Shown: positions 11,201 through 23,200 of the stretch, one piece after another | Layout: each line of letters begins with the position of its first letter | Position numbering within the stretch: position 1 is the first letter of the stretch | NCBI RefSeq assembly: GCF_006345805.1 | Contig: NC_043006.1 | Span: 72,044,001-72,108,000, forward strand | Origin: Octopus sinensis | Taxonomy: Eukaryota | Length of the DNA: 64,000 bases | Direction of reading: 5' to 3' | Notes under the pieces: generated by a model | What the model was told of the DNA's origin: nothing | The model's input: the letters and a program-made list of their open reading frames with translations, nothing else | Database searches by the model: none | Translations under genes and position numbers: made by a program

Positions 11201-14200
11201 CCTACTTTCAGAAAGAGAAAAAAATAGGTTATATCTTTGGGCCACAAAACTGCACTTATGCTGTGCCCATTGATCCAGTTTCATCTCTCACTTACACCTG
11301 TTTCTGACTGAGACATCCTTTTAACTATAGTACAGTTGCAAGCTCCTTGCAAAAAAGAAAACTCATATCCATGTTTCCCTTTTTTGTTCTGTTTTTATTT
11401 TTCAAAAAGTCATTAATTTTTTTGCATTTATTTCAGCAACACAGTAACCATTCCATGCTGGGGGTCCATCATTCTGCTCTTGCTATCATCCATTTTGGTA
11501 AGATCGCCCGCAAACATAATTTAACCAGCGTTTGTATAGACTCATTAAATAGGTATGTATAGCTTGATGTTTATTATTGATTTTTGCATCATTTTACTGT
11601 TTTACTTGCAGTTTTTCAGGATTCTTTACATCAGGTGGCAGTTGTTTAACCCTTTAGTATTTAAATCAGCCATGTCCGGCCCAAATAATTTATCTGTTTT
11701 ATGTTCAACCAGCCAGATTTTATCTCTCACACCTACCCTGCAATGTCATTCTAAAAATGCAACAGCCTTCATCATCATTTAACATCCGTTGTCCATGCTG
11801 ACATGGATTGGATGGTTTGACCAGGTTGGAAGGCTGCACCAGACTCCCGTCTGATTTGTCATGGTTTTCTATGGCTGGATGCCCTTCCTAATGCCAACCA
11901 CTCCAAGAGTGTAGTGGGTGCTTTTACATTCCACTGGCACAGGTGCCATTTGCATGACACTGGGTTGCTTTTACATGCCAATTTGCATGCCACCAATATC
12001 TGCCACGACAATCACATTATTGAATTCCTAAAGATATGAGATAATGCCTAATTAATTTGAATTGATGTGAATAAATAAGCTTTACATTTGACAGAAAAAT
12101 CTGAATACTAAAGGATTAACTATTTTGATTCCAATCTGCCCAAGACCCTTGATTCTCTGGTACAAACTTCCTGTTTTAAAGTGATCTGAATTATAATTTC
12201 CTACTAAAATTTCCTGTTACATCATGTTCCAGCATCTGCTTAATAATGCTTGAGTCATTTGGGTTGTAACCTAAACAAAATTTCTACATATTACACTAAT
12301 AAATTAGAAATGGTACTCAGTTCCAGATTCATTGTGTAAACTGGCAGGGAGATAAATAATCTCCTTTGGGGTAGAACACCAGTCTGTCACAAGCTACCCT
12401 CAACATATATTCTGACACTAAATATTTTTGCCAAGCAGCTGAGTGAACTGAGGTCATGTAGACTAAAGTGTTCTGCACAGTTGCACAATACCAATGTATT
12501 ACTCAGCTACTTTAATACCACTACTTTCACTGTTGCATATGACAGTTAAGGAATTTATATTCTAGTGTCCTCCTTTGTATAAAATTTATGATAATGAATT
12601 ATATTTCCAAGATGTAATCATAGAGATTTAAATTATTTCATTTCAGGATCCACACAATCCCGACAGTGCCCATTGTGGACTGTTTCCAGAAGATACGACA
12701 GCAAATCAAGTGCTATCTCCAAATGGCTAGTACGATGAGTCGTTCAGAACTCCAAGAAGTATGTCTTACTATTGTTTTGTAAATTTTTTTTTATGTTTAG
12801 TTTTAACCATTATCAAAGGAAGTGGGTGAGTTCAATCTCATTAAATGCAGTTGTGACATAAATTTTCATCTCCCTTTATACTCATAAAGAGGAATGCTGT
12901 GATATATTGACTCAACCATTGCTGTTATTATTCAGACACCATCTTTAGCAGGCTGCCAGCAAGGCTAAAATGGCTCTCCTGCCAAAGGCCACCTTGGTTA
13001 CTTTATGGCCTCTGTGTACTTATTATTGTTACTATCACTATCCAGTAGTACAGGGTTCCATGATTTATTATAATAATAGCAATAGCACCACCAACACTAT
13101 TAATAATAATAATAATAAGCGTAGTATTTGGATGGCTGTTGACTCCCTTGAAGGGTTTTGTTTTTCATCCTGTAGATTGTCCAAATAGACGAAACACTCT
13201 CCTCACTGAGAATGATCTCAGTGGGGATGCTTACATAGTCACGGATGGCCACACTGTACTCTGAATGTTGTTCTGACATACCCCTTCATGATGTTGCTAC
13301 TTCTCTCTTCCTATTAGGGAAGGTGAGGGTACAGCTGTCATGGCTATTGCTAATAAGGGTACAGGCCAAGGACATTATTGATATGTGTGGGTTGGGGTAT
13401 ACCCTGATGAGAGCTGTGGAATGGAGACAGGAGTCATAGAAGAGAAAGATGAATTTAAATATCAAAAAATCTTTGTAGGACATAGATAAGAATGAGAGGT
13501 GGAGCTAGGGGAAAATAACTTTAAATAGATAAATCATTGTTGTGACTTTGGTTTTTAGGTATTATTTTCTTCTAATCTTGTGTTTATATACCCTACTCTG
13601 AATAGTGGGACAGAGACAGGAAATAGAAAAGAGAAAACAGATTTTAATGTAGATGGAAAACAATGGAAAAAGTAAATTTAAGTTGACAAATCAGTGTTGT
13701 GACCTGTCTTTCTATATATTTTTTCCACCAATCTCGTATTTGTAGGCAGAAGTAAGGGAAAAGAAAATATTTTATTATTATTGTGAAAACTTTTCCTTGA
13801 TATCTGCTGTATTTACACATTATCCATAGAACACCTCCCAGACAGTTGAGGTTGTTAACAGATGTTGTTTATAATACACTGGATAAGATGTTGAGGAGTA
13901 TCAGGACAGGATAAATTTTTTTTTTTTAATGTGTACCCATAAGTGTTCAGTAAAAATATTATAACTATGAAATTTAAGGTGGTATTATTGTTGTTAATAT
14001 TTATTATCAAAATTTTTCTTCCCCCCATCCAGTTGTGTTTGCAAGGTTTGGACATAATTGAGATAACAAATCTGAAATACTTTACCAAAGAAATGACTGC
14101 TGAGCTTTACGTCCTCAAAGGAATGTTCCTGGCACAGCTCAACCGTTCCGATGATGCCAACAAGGCATTCTCAGCAGCAGTTCAGATGTCCGACACTTTA

Positions 14201-17200
14201 GTGAAAGCTTGGGCTCAGTGGGGTGACTATCTAGACGCTGTCTTTACACGTGATAAGTAAGTACTCTACTTCACATCATCATCATCGTCATTATTATAAT
14301 CATCAATTCTATCATCATCATGGACAACAGCAGCAGATAAAGATTGAATGGGTGTAAAGCACAACATGCCACCATTCTTTTTCATCATTTGTCATCTCAT
14401 CTGTGAGAGACTGTATCCTCAGCAATGCTTCATTTATCTTCTTTGATCTTTTTATGTCATAAGGTGTCTATTCTTGTCAGTGCATACCCGCGTGCGCGCG
14501 CACACACACACACATGCACACACACACAGAGTTATAAAGTGGTTAAACAATGATCGAACCATTACCTGTGGATATAAATATATACTTATATACATATGTA
14601 TACATAATTTAACCATGTACTTAATGGAGAAATATGGTGGCTCTCATAGTGCCAGATATTGCATTTAAATGAATTTATATCCAGTTATGTCAATACTTGA
14701 GTAAATCACTTGAATTTGTCTGACGAAACCCAAAATTATCACCAGTTTAGCAAAAACTAAAAACCATAGCCTTACTACATAAAATTTGTCTTGAGTTTTC
14801 CAATAATCACTGCTGTACCAAAAGCCTATATGAGAGTTTCCCTCATGGTAAAGTTTGTTCACAGAACATCCATATTTAAGTGGGAATAAATATTACCTCA
14901 ATATATATGTATCATCATCATCATCATCGTTTAGCGTCCGCTTTCCATGCTAGCATGGGTTGTATATATATATAAATTTATATTTGGGACAAGTGAGTAA
15001 GTGTACAGGCCGAGCCACATGCTGAAAAAAGACACCAAATGTCTCTAAACTACCTTGAAATATCACAAACATGCACTGAACTCGGGCAAATGAACGAAAA
15101 GATTCATGTAAAAGGTTCAATTACATATCAATTGATTTCAGGATTAAGGGGAACCCCACCTTTTTCCATCATTAGTGTAATACAACCCAATACACATAAA
15201 TACAAACAATTGTACAAAATTCATATATATATATATATATATAATCTGTTTTTCTGTGCTGGTATGGGTTGGTAGCATCTAACAGTGTTTTCTATATATC
15301 ATAGTTTTGAGTTCCATTTTTCTGTTTTCATCACTAAAACCTATATATAGCACAGCAAAAATTAAAGTTTTGGACTTAGAGTTACCAAAGGTTTCGTATC
15401 CACAAAACCAAAGCATTGTGGACTTGAGGAAACGCTCAGAGATCGAGATTTAAGTCTTAACATTTAAAAACGTTTATGAGGACGTGTTGTCTCCTCTGAA
15501 CCAGAGGCGCCCTCCCCTCCAAAAAACAATCCTTATAGACCCGAAATAGCCCAACTAGCAAACAGGGAGATCCAGCTTTTCAGCAGGTAGCGCCTGAAGT
15601 GGACACACTTAGAAAAAACCTCCCCACTCAAGGCACCAGGCTTTTGTTGTAATAATTACTGCTCTATTCTTTAGATTGTGCTTCATTTCTGATTTATGTT
15701 TTTTTGACTATATGTATATATTCTATTCAATTTGCTGTTTCTTTTCAATTTCCCACCAGACAAATTCAACAAGGTGTTTGGGCTATAACATGTTACCTGC
15801 ACGCCTGTCGACACCAGAATGAAAGCAGATCTCGCAAGTACCTTGCCAAAGTCCTCTGGCTTCTCACATATGATGATGAAAAAGCAACATTGACCGAGGC
15901 AGTAGATAAATACTCGAATGGTGTTCCTGCAGTGCAGTGGTTGCCGTGGTAAGTAGCATCTGCAGATGATTTCATTGTGTGCAACTTCCTTTCACAGGTT
16001 TTGTTAGTCATTAGTCTCTGAACTTGCTGGGGTACCACATTCAAGGGTACTTAGTGAATTATATTGGTCCTGTTTCTTTGTCTTTTATCCTTTGCTTGTC
16101 TCAGTCATTGGACTGCAGCCATGCTGGAGCATTGCCCTGTGAATGGTTTTAGTTGAACAAATGAACTGTGGTACTTATGTTTTACTTCTAGTACTTAATC
16201 TGTTGTTTTCTTTTGCCAAACTGCTAAGTTAGGGGAACATAAACAAACCAACGCCAGTTGCCAAGCTGTGTCGGTAGGGCATACACACACACACGCATTT
16301 TTATACAATTGAGCTTCTACACAGTTTCTGTCTACCAGATTCACTCATGAGATGATGGCCAGCCAGGGGCTGTAGTAAAAGAAACATACCCAAGTTTCCA
16401 CACAGCGGGACTGAACCCAAGGCCACATGGTTGCTAAGTGAGCTTCTTAACCACATAGCCATGCCTCATTAGTTATTTCATTGACCTCATAAAGAGATGA
16501 AATACAAAGCAAAGTTACTTGCCAATAATTTTCATCGTTGTTTTTTTTTTCTTGTGTAACATTTTTTATTATGTTCACAGCCTCCTCCTTCTCCTCTAAT
16601 ATATCATACCCTCTGGCACAACAAACAGCCATGTAGTCAGTCTCACATAAGAATAACTACTGTACATTACTACAATGTAGTACCAGATCACATGGAGGCT
16701 GTGTGTACTGCAATGTACTAATAGATGCCAAATAACTACCAATTTACCAGCAGACTATCATTAACCATCAGGTACCTACATTGTCACATGACCATGTACT
16801 AATGCTATCACATGACCACCATGATCAACAGACTATCACTTGACGACCACCATGTACCTGTGGACCTGAAGACTATCAAATGACCTTGTACCACCAGACT
16901 ATCACACAACTACCATACACCACCATGCGTACTCATCTCATTCTCGTTTCAGGATTCCCCAATTGCTGACATGTTTGGTAAGAAGTGAAGGCCGCTTGAT
17001 CTTAAATTTATTAACCCAGGTGGGTAGGATGTACCCACAAGCTGTCTATTTCCCTATTAGAACCCTCTACCTCACTCTGAAGATTGAACAGCGGGAGAGA
17101 TGTAAGTTTTATTGGAGTTTTTTTTCTTTCTTTTGCCTTTTATCACAGATTGTTTTAAAACCCTACTTGACATGGCAGCACTAACAGAACAGATCTTTAT

Positions 17201-20200
17201 CTAGCATATATGGATTTGGCAATTTCTTATTGTGTGTGAGTGTGTGCGCATGTGTGTGTATGCATGTACCTGTTACAGTTTCTTTTATGTATGTGATGTG
17301 TGGTTGTGTAAAAGTGAGAGATTGTGTGTACATCATTACCATATTGTTGTTTTCTGTCTGCTTTCCGAGCTGGCATGGGTTGGACGGTTTGACTGAGGAC
17401 TGGTGAACCAGAAGGCTGCACCAGGCTCAATCTGATCTGGCAAAGTTTCTACAGCTGGATACCCTTCCTAACACCAACCACTCCGAGAGTGTAGTGGGTG
17501 CTTTTACGTGCCACCGGCATGAGGGCCAGTCAGGCGGTTCTGGCAACAACCATGCTCAAAAGGTGTTTTTTTACGCGCTACCTGCACGGTAGCCAGTCTG
17601 GTGTCACTGGCAACGACCGCTCTCAAATATTGTTTTTCATGTGCCGCTAAAGCGATGCTGGTAACGATCACGCTCACATGGTGCTTTTTACGTGCCACCA
17701 GCACGGGAGCCAATCTGTGGCTCTGGCAACGATCATGCTCGGATGTGCTTTTAACATTCCACTGGCACGAGTGCTAATCAGGCAGTTCTGTCATCAGATA
17801 CGTCAGCGATTTTGATTTGACTTCACTTGCCTCAATAGGTCTTCGCAAGCAAAGTTTATTGTCCAATGATACATGTCTACAATAATTGATGTGTGTGTAC
17901 ACGTGTTATATTTGTTCTATCAAACTATGACCTTGCTACCTTGCTTACTTCACTCTCTTTTTCTTTCTCTCATCAACAGACAAAACTAACGAGGCAGCTA
18001 ATGCTACCACAGCCAGTCGCAGCAGTAGTAGCAGTCCTTTGGTTACTATGACCCCTAATGTTGCAAATGCTGCTGCTACTGGAGGTACAAATTCAGCAGC
18101 ATCCACTCCTCTATCTCAAGTGACCAGTCCAAACACTCCTCGGACACCAGCCACTCCAGATTCAGGTGAGAATGGCATTCTTCAAGTCGTACACTGCCAC
18201 ATTTTCCTTTCTGAGAAAAGACCATGACTGCATATGTGTGTGTGCATGTCTGCAGAATGAAGTGGTTTGGTGCAGCTGTTTGACCACAGGCAACTTGGCA
18301 CCACTGACTGGACATTCTGCCTTTATTGGTGAGAGTACATTTTGGTACTGGAGTTAAACATGGATATGCACTGAAATATATACATAGAGTCCATATGTGT
18401 GTGTTTGTTTTTGCCATTTACTTGTTTCCGTCATTGGACTGTGGCCATTCTGGAGCACCACTTTGAAGGGTTTCGGTTGAACATATTGACACCAGTACTT
18501 ACGTTTTAAGTTTGGTACTTATTCTATTGGTCTTGTTTACCAAACTGTTAAGTTACATGGACATAAACAAACCAACACCAGTTGTCAAACAGTGGAGCAG
18601 GGACAAACACACACTCACACACACAATAGGCTTCCATACAGTTTCTGTCTACTAAATTCACTCAAGGCTTTGATCAGCCTGGGGTCATAGTAGAAGACAC
18701 TTGTCTAAGGTGCCATGCCATGAGACTGAACCTGAAACCACGTTATTGCAAAATGGCCTCCCTAATTACACAGCCATGCTTATTTTTATGTGAAGTTATA
18801 TATAAAAACATTTTAGCATTTGACTTAAGGGTTACTCAGTACTTTTTAATAGAGTATGTATTTATTAACTTTTCCTTATAAAAGTTTATATGGCCTAGTG
18901 GTTAAGATGTTGGGCTCACAGTTATGATTCTTGGACCAGTCAGTACATTTGGTCCTTGAGCATGGCCCAAGCTGCAGTTTCTCAGCTAAAAATCTGTGCC
19001 AGCTGACTGCTAATAAAGCCCTCCTTGAGGATGTTCCACAGACCAAGAGCAGGAGAGTCAAAATAGTGTCCACCTGTCCACAACTACAAACACATTTAAA
19101 GTAATCTGTAAATGTATGGCACATGCTCCCAAGTCACGATCATTTGCTAGTGATGGTTAAGCTTTCTTTTACACACACACACGTTTATGTAAGTGTGCAT
19201 ATGCAATAATTAGGATTACAATCCCCATGTATTACTACACCACACACACAAACACACCATTAACAGCTGTTTGTTCAGTCTGAGAGTAACTCAATAATTT
19301 GAACACCGTTTCCTGTCCCAGCTTACTCTCTTCACTCCCATCCCATGAGTCACTATTTCTTCTGAATTCCATTTATACCCAGTCTTGGAAGCCCTACAAA
19401 GGTCAGGACTACTATGCTTTCTTTTTCTGATCTTTTTTTTTTGTTTTGTTCTTTAAATTCATTGAAATTTTGTGTTTCTTTTCCTTTGCCAGATTTTATC
19501 TCATCCGGCCAACAGCAGGCCAGTGTTTCTCCTGCTGGACAACAGTTGGCTCAAGTGCAACAGCAAGCACAGCCAGCAGCAGCAGCAGCAACGGCAACTG
19601 CAACAGCAGCTACAGGCCAGCAAGGGGAGAGTGGTCCAATCCGAGCCACTGCCTCCATGTGGCGCTGCAGCAAAATAATGCATATGCAGAGAGAGATCCA
19701 TCCGACAATCCTTTCATCACTCGAGGGAATTGTTGACCAAGTAAGGCCCCTTCTTTTGTTTTGTGCTCTTTTGTGTATAAAGCTGCTACTTTCATGTCTT
19801 GCATGTATGTATGCCCAGTATTTCTACTGATTCATTGATGGCTCTGAGCATATCAATGTCTATGCATATGTTTGTGAATACATCGATGTGTAAGTTTAAA
19901 TATATGTTTGTGAGTATATGGATATGTATGTTTTATCATGAAATCGAAATTGAACCAAATTTGATGACTGGCACCTATGCCAGTGGAGCACTAACAGCTC
20001 TATCCGAGCGGGATCACTGCCAGAGCAGCTGTGTGGCACGTAAAAAGCACCATTTGAGCATGATCGTTATCAGCGTTGCCTTACTGGCACATGAACAAAA
20101 CATTCGAGTGAGGTCGTTGCCAGTGCCGCTGGACTGACTCTTGTGCAGGTGGCATGTAAAAAACACCGTTTTGAGCGTGGCTGTTGCCAGTACCGCCAGA

Positions 20201-23200
20201 CTGGCCCTTGTGCCGGTGGCACGTAAAAGCACCCACTACACTCTCAGAGTGGTTGATGTTAGGAAGGACATCCAGCCATAGAAACACTGCCAGATCAGAT
20301 TGAAGCATGGTGCAGCTATCTGGTTTGCCAGTCCTCAGTCAAATCGTCCAACCCTTGCTAGTATGGAAAGTGGACGTTAATGATGATGATGATGATCATT
20401 GTCATTTTACATTTGTTCCCCATGCTGGCATGAGTCTTGCTTGTGCATTTCATTTTTGGCTAGTGTTAGTATGGGCATCCAGCTGTAAGAACCATGCCAA
20501 GGCAAACATTAGAGCTTGGTGCAGTCCTCTAGCTCACCAGCTTCTGCCAGACCTTCCAACCTGTGCCAGCATAGAAATCAGATGTTAAATTATGATAATG
20601 ATACATCTACTGCTGAATCCCCTTCTAACACTAACCATTATACAGTGTATTGGATGTGTCTTTTGGAACTCCAAGTTGAGGGAGTTTGTCACATCTTCAG
20701 TAGAAGTAGACTAGAGGCCCCTCTTAACTGTACACATTCTCTATATGTTCGTGCATGTGGGTACATATGGTTGTGTGTGCGGATGTTTATGAGTATATAA
20801 GTTCTAAGTCATGTATAATGTTTTTGCTTATCTATAATTCTCTTCTTCAACAGATGGTCTGGTTTCGTGAAAATTGGTACGAAGAAGTTTTACGGCAGTT
20901 ACACCAAGGTTTGGCTAAATGTAATGCTGTAGCTTTTGAAAACAGAGGGGCTGGTGAGTATTTTAGAACTGTTCTTGTTGTTATTTATCAGTTTAGACAT
21001 CTGAGGATGTATCCCAGTGCTGCTAGGCTATCTTCCATCCTGGGTGTTGTATGTTTGCAAAACTTGTGTAGGTTGAAGGAATTCTTGTACCTGAGCATCA
21101 ATAATTTTTACATATCCTTTCTTGAAGTTGTCTCAACAGTTCCACCATGTTCTGACTGCTTCTTTTTTCTCCATCTTCTCCCAAACTGCAGTTGCCGAGA
21201 CCACAATAACCCCGCACACGCTGAACTTTGTGAAGAAATTGGTGAGCACTTTTGGTGTCGGCATTGAAAATGTCTCCAACGCTGTCCAGACATTCTCCAG
21301 TGCTGCATCTGAGTCGCTGGCTAAACGAGCCCAGGCAACTGCCAGAGACCCTGTTTTCCAGAAAGTGAAAAGTCAGTTTTCTACAGACTTCGACTTCAGG
21401 TCAGTTAGTCAGATTATAATATCATAATTAACTATCATGTTTTAAGAGTGAAGCTATTTGAATGTGATTACCTGCTTATTTGTGAGTGGGTGTGTCTATA
21501 TGTCTGCATGTGGCAATCTGTCTTGAGTGTGATTATTAATTTGTTTGTGAGCAGGACCATCTGTCTGAATGTGACTATATGCTTATTTGTGTCCGTCTGT
21601 CTGAGTGCGACTCTGTGCTTATTTTTGAGTGTGGTTGTCTAATTGTCATAATGTGCCTGCCTGTCTAAGTGTGTTTGCTTGCTTGCTTGTGAGTGTGGCT
21701 ATCTGTGTGTAAGTGGGACTGTCTGGCTAAGTGTGACTATACGTCTATTTGAGTGTGACAGCTTGCTGGCTTACTTGTGAGAGTGGCTGTCTACTTGTGT
21801 AAGTGAGACCTCTATTTATTTATCTGAATGTAACTAACTTCTCATGTCTCTGAGTGTAATTTTTTACCAGTCTATCAGCCTGATCTTCATTGTCTGTTTA
21901 TCTTGTTCCATTGTCTGTCTGTATGTAAGTCTATCATTTTGAGTTTCAGTCTTTGTGAGTGTCTGTTTCTCTGTGTAGATGTGTGTCTCTGTCTCAGTAG
22001 GTACACCTCAGCAGTTGCTCATGTTTGTGCGTGTGTGTGCATGCGCATATCAGTATTTGCCTGTGTATATCTGTATGTCAGTGGTTGCATGTATGTGGGT
22101 GCACATCAATAGTTACATATGTGTGTGTATGTCAGTAGATGCCTGTGTTTATGTGTCTGTTAATTGCCCTGTGTGTGTGTATGTGTGTGCACGCATGCAC
22201 ATGTCAATAATTATGTGTGTTTCCATCCATCTGTCCCTTGTTGTTAGTGTTGTTCCAACAAATGTCTATACAGTAGAATCAGTCACAAACTAACAGACCA
22301 ATGCACAGCAATATTCAAAGCTAGTGAAGGCAGTAATTTTCATGAGCACTGTTGTCCTTCTCTAAAATTGTCGTTCTAACCTTATTCTCTCTCTTCTTTA
22401 GTGTGCCAGGTTCAACAAAACTACACAACCTCATCAATAAAATGAAGAAATGGATCAAAATACTTGAGGCCAAAACACGCACACTACCAAAGTAAGTGGA
22501 CACTCTGGTTTTATAGCTTCCTCTCTCTCTCTCTCTCTCTCTCACTCTTTATTTTTCTCCTTTTTTCTCTTTCCATCATTTTTTCTTCTACTCTCTCTAG
22601 CTTTTTTTCCCATTTATTTCACTATTTTCTACCTTTCAGACTTTCTCTCCCTACCCCTCTCACCTCTTTCCCCAAACACTCTCTCCCCCATCCTACTCAT
22701 CTTTTCACTCTCCTCTTTTCCCCCTCTCCACTCTCCTTTCCCACTACCCCTCTTTCCATCCCTCTCCTTTCACTTTTTCTCATTTTTAAAACTTTTTATG
22801 ATGGACTAATATCCAAAATGTTAAAACTCTTTCCCTTTTAAGTATTAAACTAATTCATCATCATCATCATCTGTCGTCCATGCTGGCATGAGCCAAGCAG
22901 TTTGACCAAAGCTGGAGAGCTGTACCAGACTCCAATTGTCTATTTTGGCATGGTTTTCTATGGCTGGATGTCCTTCCTAACATCAACCACTTTACAGAGT
23001 GTAATGGGTGCTTTTACATAGCACTGCACGAGTGCTTTTACAGACACTGCATAGGCACTTTTACATGACACTAGCCCAGGACTCTTGCAGTTCGATCCTC
23101 ACCACCAGGGGCACCAGTCTTAACTCTTCTGCTGTGTAGTACTAGTCTTCTTGAGTACAGCAAGGCACCAGGCATTCAGTGTCCTGAGGTTGTTCTTCAG

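Noticed and set aside
13310-13330. 5-nt AG/GT-bounded microexon that might fix the 12758-14046 phase
   Set aside because: The wrong length: 3n+1 nt would be needed to restore frame with the 14046 acceptor.
20755-21267. ORF reading through the 238-nt intron 20954-21191 (also read-throughs at 28170-28655, 23993-24379, 31779-32177)
   Set aside because: Read-through portions have no homology and end in stops; explained as chance extensions of real exons.
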